From an uncultured Nitrospinota bacterium (GTDB lineage: Bacteria; Tectomicrobia; Entotheonellia; J063; CAVPRW01), in assembly GCA_963707985.1 (NCBI GenBank), contig CAVPRW010000015.1, positions 64,001 to 128,000 of the forward strand: DNA of 64,000 nt. Direction: 5' to 3'. Shown here piece after piece: positions 11,289 through 20,798 of this stretch. The notes under the pieces are model-generated. The model ran no database searches and was not told the origin of the DNA. It saw only the letters and a list, made by a program, of their open reading frames with translations. The position numbers were made by a program, and so were the translations under genes. The stretch's first letter is position 1. The number at the start of each line of letters is the position of its first letter.

Positions 11289-12335
11289 ATGATGACATGC
11301 CGGATCGGGATTCTCGGCACCGGGTCCTATCTGCCGGCCAAGGTTCTGACGAATGACGAACTGGAACGATTTCTTGACACGCCTGCACAAAAAATCGTCG
11401 ATTTGACCGGCATCCGAGAGCGGCGTATCGCCAGCCAATACAGCGGTCCGCAGGGGGACTGGCCGACCGCGTTGTATGAGGCGATCGCGAAGGACGAAAC
11501 CACCTCCACCATGGGGGCGGTGGCCGCCCTCCAAGCTCTCGAACAGGCGCGAATCAGTCCGTTGCAGGTGCGCTATATTCTCGTGGCTACGAACTCCCAG
11601 GAACAGATTTATCCCGCCACCGCCATCAAAATTCAGCACTATATCGGTGCTGATCACGCCATTGCCTGGGATCTGCAGGCAAGCTGCACCGGCTTCATCT
11701 TTGCCCTGATCGATGCCGAGCGCCAGTTGCTGGTGGATCAATATCGCTCTGGCCGGGATCAGTATGCCCTGGTCATCGGCACAGACACCATGTCCCGTAC
11801 CATCAGTCGCTTCGATCGTAACACCGCGATCATGTTTGCCGACGGGGCCGGCGCGATAGTCCTCGGCACCCACGCCCCTGGCTGTATTCGCAGTAGTTGG
11901 TTGCGCACGCAATATAGCAGCACCATTCAACTCGACACCGAGTTCAAGCGCGGGCATGATGACAATCCCGATGAGCGTATGCCGAAAAACTTCATTTATC
12001 AGGAGGCCAAGGCGGTGTTACGCTATGCTCCGCGTGTGATGCACGAGGCTTTAATCGAGGCCTTGAAGGCCGCCGAGCTCACGGTCAATGATCTCGATTA
12101 CCTGATCACGCACCAGGCCAATCAGCGTATGGTGCAAAAAGTAGCCGAGTTGGCGCATATCGACATCTCTAAAGTGCATAGAAGCGGTGAGCGTTACGGG
12201 AACACGTCGGCCGCCACGCACCCCGTGGCGCTCGATGAGCTCTATCACGCCGGGAAAATCCAGCGTGGCAGCCTGATCGGCCTGACCTCGTTTGGGGCAG
12301 GGCTCACCTGGGGCGCCTGTGTTCTTGAATGGTAG
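11289..12335 (+). CDS. fabH: Beta-ketoacyl-ACP synthase III family protein
   Basis: Cys-His-Asn triad motifs ASCTGF, HQAN and YGNTSAA; C-terminal FGAGLTWG. Confidence 0.85.
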   Translation: MMTCRIGILGTGSYLPAKVLTNDELERFLDTPAQKIVDLTGIRERRIASQYSGPQGDWPTALYEAIAKDETTSTMGAVAALQALEQARISPLQVRYILVATNSQEQIYPATAIKIQHYIGADHAIAWDLQASCTGFIFALIDAERQLLVDQYRSGRDQYALVIGTDTMSRTISRFDRNTAIMFADGAGAIVLGTHAPGCIRSSWLRTQYSSTIQLDTEFKRGHDDNPDERMPKNFIYQEAKAVLRYAPRVMHEALIEALKAAELTVNDLDYLITHQANQRMVQKVAELAHIDISKVHRSGERYGNTSAATHPVALDELYHAGKIQRGSLIGLTSFGAGLTWGACVLEW

Positions 12336-12397
12336 GGCAGCACGTCAACCCTGGAGACGCGGACGGTTGCTGACTCGCTTGACGAGAGGACGATCGG

Positions 12398-13303
12398 ATG
12401 GAGCCCATCGGCGAGCTCATCCTGGAGACTATCGGTAATACCCCACTGGTACGTATCAATCACCTGAACCCTAACCCAAATGTGAGCATCTACGCCAAGT
12501 TAGAAGGCCTCAACCCTCTTGGCAGTGTCAAAGAACGCATTGCGCTGGCCATGATCGAAGGGGCGGAGCGCGATGGGGTGCTGACCAAGGATAAAGTGAT
12601 CGTCGAATCGACCAGCGGCAACACGGGCATCGGCCTGGCGATGGTGGGGGCGATGAAGGGCTATAAGGTGCTGGTCACTATGTCCGAGCGGGTGAGTGTC
12701 GAGCGCGTGCAGATGCTCAAGATCTTGGGAGCAGAGGTGGTGCTGACCTCGGCGGCCGGGGGGTCCGATGAAGCCTGGGACAAAGCCGATGAGATTGCCC
12801 GCAATGACCCGGAGCGCTACCTACGACTCAATCAATATACCAACCACTACAACCCGCTGGTGCATTACGAGACCACCGGGGAGGAGATTTGGCGGCAGAC
12901 TGAAGGCAAGGTGGATGTGTTAGTGGTGGGCCTGGGCACCACGGGGACGATCATGGGCGCCGGGCGCCGGCTCCGTGAATACAACCCGCGCCTGCGCATT
13001 GTGGCCGTCGAGCCCCAGCCCAAACATGAGCAACAGGGCCTACGCAACATGGAGACCTCCCGTATCCCACCTATTTTGGACTGGCGTTTGATCGATGAAC
13101 GCGTCGTGGTGCTGGATGAGGATGCCTTCCGGATGGCGCGCCGCCTATGCCAGGAGGAAGGGATGTTTGCGGGAATCAGTGCCGGCACGGCGGTCTCGGC
13201 GGCGGCCGAGGTGGCCAGGGGGATGAGCGCGGGCACGATTGTCACGGTGCTCCCTGATCGCGGTGAGAAATACCTCACGACCAATCTGTTCGATAAGCCA
13301 TGA
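12398..13303 (+). CDS. cysM: Cysteine synthase (CysK/CysM family)
   Basis: IGNTPLV, KLEGLNPLGSVKER, TSGNTG, GTTGT and PDRGEKY motifs. Confidence 0.88.
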   Translation: MEPIGELILETIGNTPLVRINHLNPNPNVSIYAKLEGLNPLGSVKERIALAMIEGAERDGVLTKDKVIVESTSGNTGIGLAMVGAMKGYKVLVTMSERVSVERVQMLKILGAEVVLTSAAGGSDEAWDKADEIARNDPERYLRLNQYTNHYNPLVHYETTGEEIWRQTEGKVDVLVVGLGTTGTIMGAGRRLREYNPRLRIVAVEPQPKHEQQGLRNMETSRIPPILDWRLIDERVVVLDEDAFRMARRLCQEEGMFAGISAGTAVSAAAEVARGMSAGTIVTVLPDRGEKYLTTNLFDKP

Positions 13304-13433
13304 TGGTAGGTACCGCGCGCTCGTTTCCCTCGGCTGCTGGCTTCCCTCCCCAGGCCGTCTGAGACACCCCGCTTTTTGGCTCAATGATGCGCGGGCCCGT
13401 AAAGGGCCTGTACCTCATCAGATCGTGAATGGC

Positions 13434-14492
13434 CTACCGGCTATGGGCAATACGAATCACTGGGGCTGGGCTTTCAAACACTTCCCCAACCACTGTCGCA
13501 TCAGCCACACCGCGCTCGTGCAGTTTCCGCACCAGCGCCTCGGCACGATCCGCCGCCACCGCAATGAACAGCCCACCAGAGGTCTGCGGATCGTACATAA
13601 GCATCTCTTCTTCGGGCGTGATGCCCTGATCCAGCCGAAGATATTCGGCCACCAACGCCTTGTTCTCTAGCGTCACCCCGGTCCGCACGCCTTGCTTGAT
13701 CATGTCGATGCTCTCGGGGAAATGGGGCACCCGGTCGGCATAGAGTGTGATGCCGACATTAGCCCCCTTGACCATCCACAGCGTATGTCCGGTCAGCCCG
13801 AAACCGGTGATGTCGGTACAGGCATGCGGGTCGAACTCCAGCATCGTCTCGCACGCCACTTTATTCAACGTCACCATGACTTGCACGGCACGATCCAACA
13901 CGTCGAAGCCGATGCGCTTCCCCTTGAAGCCTGTGATCAGCACGCCGGTGCCGATTTTCTTGGTCAGTACGAGTTTGTCGCCAACACGCGGCGTAGCATT
14001 GCGCACCACTTTGCGGGGATCGATCACGCCCGTCACCGACAACCCATACTTGAGCTCCGGGTCTTTGACGGTATGCCCGCCGAGCAGTATGGCACCCGCC
14101 TCGATGGTCTTCGACAAGCCGCCTTTGAGAATCTCGAGGAAATGCTTGTTCTCCAACCCCTCCGGCGGAAAATTGCACAGATTCAGCACCGTCAGCGGTC
14201 GCCCACCCATCGCATAGACATCGCTGAGCGAATTTGCCGCCGCCACCTGCCCAAAGAGGAACGGATCATCGACAACCGGCGTAATATAGTCAGCCGTTTG
14301 CACCAGAGCCATATCTTCAGACACCTTGTAGACCCCGGCGTCGTCGTTGGTCTCGGTGCCCACGATGACATTCTCATCGCGTGGGATATTCAATTCATGG
14401 AGCACGTCCGTTAACCCTAACGGACTGAGCTTGGCCGCTCAGCCACCGGTCTTGGCAAATGACGTCAGATTGCAACTGCTCTGCTCCACCAT
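13434..14492 (-). CDS. selD: Selenide, water dikinase SelD; selenoprotein with Sec18 (TGA at 14439-14441)
   Basis: Readthrough gives MVEQSSCNLTSFAKTGG-U-AAKLSP, the SelD active-site motif; DDAGV, ANSLSDVYAMGG, GGHT, TDITGFGL and DPQTSGGL; purine-rich RBS (GAGGAAGGGG) upstream of ATG 14492. Confidence 0.93.
14406..14425 (-). promoter_or_regulatory. SECIS-like stem-loop of selD
   Basis: GTCCGTTA-GGGT-TAACGGAC, a perfect 8-bp stem starting 13 nt after the UGA. Confidence 0.75.
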
Positions 14493-14758
14493 CGGTGTCG
14501 CCCCTTCCTCATTGCATATTTATAAACAGACGGCCCACTGTCGCTAGGTCGCCATGGTGGCAAATTGATGTTGGTTTTTATCTACCATCGCCCCATCCGA
14601 AAGTCAATATGGCCAACGATGCGCGCCATAGAGGCGACGAGCAAGGGGAGAAGTCACTGGCTTGCCGCCTGCGAGTTGCACCCGTTGGCTGTTATTTGCT
14701 ATGCTATGGCGGCTCGAAAAGGCATGGACATTGGCACGTCATCCGTAGCGAGGGTTAC

Positions 14759-16010
14759 TTGGCCAACACCACCGTCACACCTTGCGTGGTTGTACACTAT
14801 CATGAGATTGCGCTGAAGGGCAAGAACCGCCCGATGTTTGTCCGACGTCTGGGTGAGAACCTCCGCGCCGCGACACAAGGGCTTGGCGTGAAGGAGATCA
14901 GACGCCTCACGGGGCGTCTGGTGTTGATCCTCTCGCCGACGGCAGCAGTCGAGGACATCCGTCGACAAGTGGCGCAAGTCCCTGGCGTTGTGAACTTCGC
15001 GTTGGCGTACCGTACACCACTGCAACTTGACATTCTCAAACCAGCGATTCTTCGGGCCCTGGACGGGCGGACGTTCCGGACATTCCGAGTGCAGACCAAG
15101 CGTGCCTTCAAGGCCTTCCCGCTGACCTCCCCTGACATCAACCGCGAGGTTGGACACTATCTTCGGGAACATCTGGGCGCTGCCGTAAACCTGGATACAG
15201 CGGACCTCACCGTGTCGATTGAAATTCTGCCCCATGAAGCATTCTTCTTCTTCAACCGTGAGACTGGGCCGGGAGGGCTCCCGGTTGGGGTGAGCGGTTC
15301 CGTGGCGTGTCTGCTGTCAGGCGGCATCGACTCGCCGGTAGCAGCCTATCGCATGTTGAAGCGGGGCTGCACGGTGGTGTTCCTGCATTTTCACAGCTAC
15401 CCGATTCTCAACCGGGTGTCACAGGAGAAGGTGCGGGATCTGGTTGCCTTACTGACGCGCTATCAATTTGCCTCGAGACTCATACTCATTCCGTTCGCGC
15501 CTATTCAGCAGCAGATCGTTGCCGAAGTCGCAGCTCCCTATCGCGTAGTGCTGTATCGGCGCTGTATGGTCCTCATTGCCGAGGGGTTGGCGCGACTCGT
15601 GGATGCCAAAGCCCTAGTGACGGGGGAAAGTGTGGGGCAGGTAGCGTCGCAAACCTTGGAAAATCTGGCGGCCATCGATGCAGTGGCGAGCCTTCCCATG
15701 TTTCGCCCCCTCATCGGCATGGATAAGCAGGAGATCGTCACACAAGCGATTGCCCTCGGGAGCTATGACATCTCCATCATCCCCGATCAAGACTGTTGCA
15801 CCCTGTTTGTGCCACCGCATCCAGCCGTTCGCGCCGATCAGCCAGGTGTTGTCCCAAATCGAAGCCAAACTTGACATGCGCGCATTGATCCAGCAAGGTA
15901 TAGACGCGGTGCAGGTGGTTGATTTCGTTCAGGAGCATGGGCGGGTTCGGGCCACCCCCAGCGCCTTGAACGCGACACCTCCAGCGGCGGGGGTGGGTGA
16001 TCATGGTTGA
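14759..16010 (+). CDS. thiI: tRNA 4-thiouridine synthase ThiI (short form; apparent frameshift near 15840)
   Basis: HYHEIALKGKNR, THUMP region, GGLPVG, PP-loop LLSGGIDSPVA, TGESVGQVASQT and DCC; the C-terminal tail lies in another frame. Confidence 0.9.
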
Positions 16011-16039
16011 CGATGGATGAGGAGGAAGGAGGAGTTATC

Positions 16040-16729
16040 ATGGCGGATGTGCGGACCAAGGCTGAACGGGTCTTTACCAACTATTTCTGCTACAAGATCG
16101 ATCCCCTCTGGCGGCGATTGCCGGCCAGTGAGCGTCAGCTGGGGGGCAAGGAGTTTCGTGCCGCCATCCACGAAGCCTCGGGCCGCGTAGCGGTGCGGTC
16201 GTATCTGACCACCGGCTTTCGAGAGGACATCGACTTTTTTCTCTGGATTCTCAGCAAAGACCCAGACCCCATTCAGGAGCTGGCGGTGAGCATCTCTCAC
16301 ACCGGCTTCGGCAAGTACCTACACATGGCCACGTCCTATTTCGCGTTGATGCGCGAATCGCCATATGTCAAGGATCACCTGCATGCACCGATGCCGGAAG
16401 TGGGAGACTGCAAATACCTGGTGGTCTACCCCTTCATCAAATCTCGCGAATGGTATTTAATGTCGTTTGACGCGCGTCAAGGCATGATGAACGAGCATAT
16501 TAAGGTGGGGCACGAATTCCCCGCGATCCGCATTAATACCGCCTATTCCTTCGGTGTAGATGATCAAGACTTTGTGGTGGCCTTCGATACCAACTCGCTG
16601 ACCGACTTTCAGGATTTGGTCATGCGCCTTCGAGAAACCGAGGCGAGCCGATATACGGTGCGCGATACCCCGATGATCGTGGGCGCGGCGAAAAGCCTCG
16701 ACGACATCCTGAGCACGGCAGGCGCCTAG
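16040..16729 (+). CDS. Chlorite dismutase / coproheme decarboxylase (HemQ/ChdC) family protein
   Basis: YPFIKSREWYLM...MMNEHIKVG, YSFGVDDQDFVVAF and LRETEASRYT motifs; strong RBS GGAGGAG. Confidence 0.82.
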   Translation: MADVRTKAERVFTNYFCYKIDPLWRRLPASERQLGGKEFRAAIHEASGRVAVRSYLTTGFREDIDFFLWILSKDPDPIQELAVSISHTGFGKYLHMATSYFALMRESPYVKDHLHAPMPEVGDCKYLVVYPFIKSREWYLMSFDARQGMMNEHIKVGHEFPAIRINTAYSFGVDDQDFVVAFDTNSLTDFQDLVMRLRETEASRYTVRDTPMIVGAAKSLDDILSTAGA

Positions 16730-16908
16730 ACGCCACTCCAGCTTGTATGACTAAGTGATATATGATGAGAGCCGTGTTGGGGACGGACAAGAGGGACGAA
16801 CTCCTGATGGCGGCAACGGGGGCCAGACACGCCAGCAGGGGTCGCGCACCGCATTGCTCCCCATGAAGAGAGCGGCCCGACCCCTTGACTGTGGTACTCC
16901 GTGAGCCC

Positions 16909-16974
16909 TTACTTCTTGCTCTTAGAGGCCGACTTGGTGGGCTTCTTGGCTGGCTTTGCCTTTGCTTTAGCCAT
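16909..16974 (-). CDS. 21-aa Lys/Ala-rich microprotein MAKAKAKPAKKPTKSASKSKK
   Basis: ATG..TAA with a strong SD (GAAGGAGGGAGG) just upstream; 9 Lys and no acidic residues; below the ORF-track length cutoff. Confidence 0.6.
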   Translation of the reverse strand: MAKAKAKPAKKPTKSASKSKK

Positions 16975-17009
16975 TGCTACGCCTCCCTCCTTCACCTATA
17001 CCCCAGGGT

Positions 17010-17080
17010 TCCACGCAAAGGTCTGAGAAGTGGGGCGTCTTCCCCGCGGGTTATCCCGGCGACCTTTGCTTCTCCGTGGA
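17010..17080 (-). ncRNA. Candidate structured RNA element (multibranch, pseudoknot-capable)
   Basis: Complementary pairs TCCACG/CGTGGA, CAAAGGTC/GACCTTTG and GAGAAG/CTTCTC, plus two small inner hairpins. Confidence 0.4.
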
Positions 17081-17123
17081 CGGGCCATAGCCCCCCACCT
17101 CAGCAGCGCCTTCCCAACCGAAT

Positions 17124-17336
17124 TCAGGCTGATACTCGCCGACGATTTCGTGGTCGTTCCCGTGGTGGCGCTTTGCCTGTCTTGATTCCATGGCGATCGA
17201 GATATTCTTCCACCGCCTCGATGACGATCTCAGCCTTGGTTTTGCGCAACTCCCATTTGGCTTCGTCCAGTCGCTCCACCAGCTCCGCCGGAAACGTAAA
17301 CCCTACTTTCCGCTGCCCAGGCGTACCCTTCGGCAT
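17124..17336 (-). CDS. Ribbon-helix-helix (CopG/Arc-like) DNA-binding protein
   Basis: KVGFTFP strand followed by helices ELVERLDEAKWEL and TKAEIVIEAVEEYL; SD GGAGGT. Confidence 0.75.
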   Translation of the reverse strand: MPKGTPGQRKVGFTFPAELVERLDEAKWELRKTKAEIVIEAVEEYLDRHGIKTGKAPPRERPRNRRRVSA

Positions 17337-17372
17337 ATGCACCTCCCCCGCGTGGAACACTGGATAGCGAGG

Positions 17373-17401
17373 AATATAGGCTAGTCCAGCTAGACTGTCA
17401 A
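17373..17401 (-). promoter_or_regulatory. Sigma70 promoter of the RHH gene with a repeat in the spacer
   Basis: TTGACA-gtCTAGCtggaCTAGCc-TATATT (17-nt spacer). Confidence 0.7.
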
Positions 17402-17853
17402 GTCGTTTCATATAGATTAGGTAGAACTTTTTTGTCCTCTTTCTATACCCTGACTTCCCATACTACTCGAATAGCTCACCTATCTGAGGTGGGTCGAATC
17501 CAGAAATGATTGGATCGATAAGTGGTTACACGTCTGCATTAGCTGCCTATGCAAGCACTCTGGCATGCCGCAATGGCCTTCCCCCCTTGTCACGTGGCCA
17601 CCTTCTAGTGTAGTATCAACAGCAGGGTTGGGCCAGAAACTCCAGTCCACCCGCGAGATTACACCCCGTGCAAGTGCCTCAAGGAGTTGACGTTCACTGC
17701 CGAAGACCGGCTGCAGCCGGTCTTCCGTTATCAGAGTTGTGGCGTGGGATGGTGAGCCAATGGCCACGGCGGATGGAAGCTGTTAAGCGCTGACAAACTG
17801 CAACGACGCGTGTGCATTCACGGCTTCAATTTTCTCACACGAGGAAGACGCCT

Positions 17854-19263
17854 ATGGATCACCAGGAACTCATCGACAGGTTGCGAAGCATTCTCCCTCC
17901 CGTGGATGTGCTCAGCTCGCGTGCCGACTGTGTGACTTACGGCTATGACGCGTCAATATTTCAAGGGGAAGAAATCATCGCTGTGGCGCTTCCCAAATCG
18001 GCGGCAGAAGTAGCTCAGATCGTCCGTCTCGCGCGACAGACACGAACCCCATATGTGGCCCGCGGCAGCGGCACAGGGATTAGTGGTGGTGCCATTCCCA
18101 CCCAGGGTGGACTGGTTATCGAACTCGCCAAAATGAATCGCGTCCTGGAAATCGACCTGGCCAATCGGTGTGCTGTAGTGGAACCTGGTGTCATCAATCA
18201 GGACCTCAAAGAGCTATTGGCTGAGCAGGGCTACGGGCACACCTACGTGCCGGATCCGGGCAGTCAGGTGGTCTCAACCATTGGTGGGAACGTCGCGACC
18301 AACGCTGGCGGCATGCATTGCCTCAAATACGGGGTGACGACGAACCACATCAGCGGGCTTGAGGTGGTGCTGCCGGATGGGGAAATCGTCACCGTGGGAG
18401 GAAAGGTGCTCGATCAGCCGGGTTGTGACCTGACAGGCCTGTTCGTCGGCTCAGAGGGTACCCTGGGAATCGTCACTAAGATCGTTCTGCGTATCGTTCG
18501 CCTGCCGGAGGTCGTGCGCACACAATTGGCGCTCTTCCCCTCGGTCGACGCCGCAGCCAACGCGGTGTCGACGATCATGACGGCAGGCATTCTACCGGCG
18601 GCCCTGGAATTGTTGGACCGTGCCTGCATGGACGTGGTGGATCAGGTGATCCATATTGGTTTTCCGGCGAGCGCTGGAGCGGCGTTGATCATCGAGCTCG
18701 ATGGTCTAAACGATGGTATGCAGCGCACCCTTGACCGGGTCGAGGACATTTGTAAGCAGCATGCTGTGGTCGAGATTCGCACGGCGCATAGTGCCGACGA
18801 GGCCGCGCACCTTTGGTTGAGTCGTCGAGCCGCGTATGGCGCCCTAGCGCGCCTGGCTCCCACCTGTTATATCGTCGATGGCTGCGTGCCCCGCACCAAG
18901 CTTCCCGAGGCCCTGACGCGGACCGTTGCCATCGGCGAACGCTATGGGTTGACGATCGCGAATATGGCCCATGCCGGTGACGGCAACTTGCACCCAGCGA
19001 TTCCCTTCGATATCAACGATGCCATGGCGTGTCAGCGCGTGATGGCCTGCGGCCGCGACATTCTGCGGATGTGTGCCGACCTAGGGGGGACCATCACCGG
19101 CGAACATGGCGTGGGAGTCGAAAAGCAAAACGAGATGCCGTTTGTGTTTTCTGCAACGGATCTGGCGGTAATGCAGCGTGTCAAACAGGTGATCGACCCA
19201 GACCATCTTTGCAATCCGGGGAAGATCTTCCCATCATTGACACCACCCAAATTTCTCACCTAA
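17854..19263 (+). CDS. glcD: FAD-linked glycolate/lactate oxidase subunit
   Basis: RGSGTGISGG, PDPGS, TIGGNVATNAGG, GSEGTLG, HAGDGNLHP, TGEHGVG and NPGK motifs. Confidence 0.88.
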   Translation: MDHQELIDRLRSILPPVDVLSSRADCVTYGYDASIFQGEEIIAVALPKSAAEVAQIVRLARQTRTPYVARGSGTGISGGAIPTQGGLVIELAKMNRVLEIDLANRCAVVEPGVINQDLKELLAEQGYGHTYVPDPGSQVVSTIGGNVATNAGGMHCLKYGVTTNHISGLEVVLPDGEIVTVGGKVLDQPGCDLTGLFVGSEGTLGIVTKIVLRIVRLPEVVRTQLALFPSVDAAANAVSTIMTAGILPAALELLDRACMDVVDQVIHIGFPASAGAALIIELDGLNDGMQRTLDRVEDICKQHAVVEIRTAHSADEAAHLWLSRRAAYGALARLAPTCYIVDGCVPRTKLPEALTRTVAIGERYGLTIANMAHAGDGNLHPAIPFDINDAMACQRVMACGRDILRMCADLGGTITGEHGVGVEKQNEMPFVFSATDLAVMQRVKQVIDPDHLCNPGKIFPSLTPPKFLT

Positions 19264-19336
19264 GTGCGGCGATCCGATGTCTGAGATACCATCGCCAGGG
19301 AACCTTTGGGGGTAAGAGAGGCTCGGCTTGCGAACC

Positions 19337-20746
19337 ATGAGCACAAGACCTGTGTGGATTGCATCCCTCGAAACGCTCATCGGTGCTCATCGGTGTGAGA
19401 CACATACGATGCGTCTCCAGGCGTATGCTGTTGATGGCCTTATCCCCAGTGCCGTTGTATGGCCTGACACCGTCGAGCAGGTTGTGCTTGTCCTGCAATG
19501 GGCCCAACGCGAGAAGCTGGCGGTGATACCATGTGGGAGTGGCACCCAACTCGGGCTGGGAGGTATTCCGAAGCGTGTCGATCTGGTGCTGTCGCTATGC
19601 CGCCTGGCCCAGGTCTACGACTACGACGTGGCCAACTTTACGATCAGCGCAGGGGCGGGGATGACGTTCGCGGAGCTCGCTCAACTGACTGCAGCACATA
19701 GGCAGATGCTGCCACTGCAATACCCTACTAGCATCGCGACCTTGGGCGGCCTCATCGCTACCAATGCCTATAGCCCCAAACGCATACGCTACGGGGGCGT
19801 ACGGGACCTCCTCCTGGGCCTACGTATCGCCCTGCCGAGTGGGGAAATCGCGCACTTCGGCGGCAAGGTGGTGAAGAATGTGGCGGGTTACGATATGTGT
19901 AAACTCTTTCTTGGCTCGCTCGGAGCACTTGGAATCATCGTCGAGGCGACGTTTCGATTGTACGCCCTACCAGAGCGCGACGAAACCTTGCTGGCTGTGC
20001 TCCCCTCGCTCGAGTCGGGAGCCGCAACCGTGGCCCAGCTGATAGCGACGCAGCTGCTCCCCTCACAAATCCTCCTTCTCGACTCACGTGCCACACAAGC
20101 CGTTGCACCAGAAGTCGCCACGACAGCCAATGCCGGCACGGTGCTACTCCTAGTGAACTGTGAAGGGATGGATGAAGCGGTTGAACGGCAACTCGCGGAG
20201 ATCGCACGGATGTGCCAGGGGCATGCGGCGTCTATGGTGCAAGTGCTTTCCGGTGAGATGCAATGTCAGCTCCGGATACGTCTTGAAGGGGCCATGCACC
20301 AGCGTGAGGTCAAGATTCCCGCATCTGCGCTCCAGCCCACACCCCTGACGGTGAGTCGTGGGGGAGCGCTCACGATACGGCTTGGGACGCTCCCGTCACG
20401 AGTCTATGCTGTCATGGAAGCTGCCGCCCAGGCGCTGAAACCGCTCGCACCTGGGGCGATGATCATCGGAGATTGCGGCGTAGGATTGGTGAAACTCTGC
20501 CTGGGGCTTGAAGACCTGGGCACGGATGCCATCGATGCAGCCCTGATACGTGCTCTTCGTGAGTTGGCTGGAGTGGTTGCCGGGCATGGCGGAGTTGCAG
20601 TGGTGGAAACTGCGCCGCCTGATGCCAAGGTGCAGCTTGAGGTCTGGGGTCCGCCACCCTCAAGCTTTCCTCTGTTGGAGGGGCTGAAGCGCCAATTTGA
20701 CCCCGAGGGTGTCCTCAGCCCGGGTCGTTTCATCGGCGGCTTGTGA
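19337..20746 (+). CDS. glcE: Glycolate oxidase FAD-binding subunit
   Basis: GGKVVKNVAGYDMCKLFLGSLG; C-terminal LKRQFDPEGVLSPGRF; lies between glcD and glcF. Confidence 0.85.
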   Translation: MSTRPVWIASLETLIGAHRCETHTMRLQAYAVDGLIPSAVVWPDTVEQVVLVLQWAQREKLAVIPCGSGTQLGLGGIPKRVDLVLSLCRLAQVYDYDVANFTISAGAGMTFAELAQLTAAHRQMLPLQYPTSIATLGGLIATNAYSPKRIRYGGVRDLLLGLRIALPSGEIAHFGGKVVKNVAGYDMCKLFLGSLGALGIIVEATFRLYALPERDETLLAVLPSLESGAATVAQLIATQLLPSQILLLDSRATQAVAPEVATTANAGTVLLLVNCEGMDEAVERQLAEIARMCQGHAASMVQVLSGEMQCQLRIRLEGAMHQREVKIPASALQPTPLTVSRGGALTIRLGTLPSRVYAVMEAAAQALKPLAPGAMIIGDCGVGLVKLCLGLEDLGTDAIDAALIRALRELAGVVAGHGGVAVVETAPPDAKVQLEVWGPPPSSFPLLEGLKRQFDPEGVLSPGRFIGGL

Positions 20747-20798
20747 CGCCGTTTGGTGTTGGTGGCTGCTTTGGGTTAGCCTGACGAAGGAGTTGCAC

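Noticed and set aside
11139..11957. Long antisense ORFs (also 835-1659, 13692-14414, 43783-44616, 50477-51208)
   Set aside because: They are shadows of well-supported genes on the opposite strand, as expected in GC-rich DNA.
16885..17367. 160-aa plus-strand ORF
   Set aside because: It is antisense to the RHH gene and the microprotein, both of which have clear SD or promoter signals.
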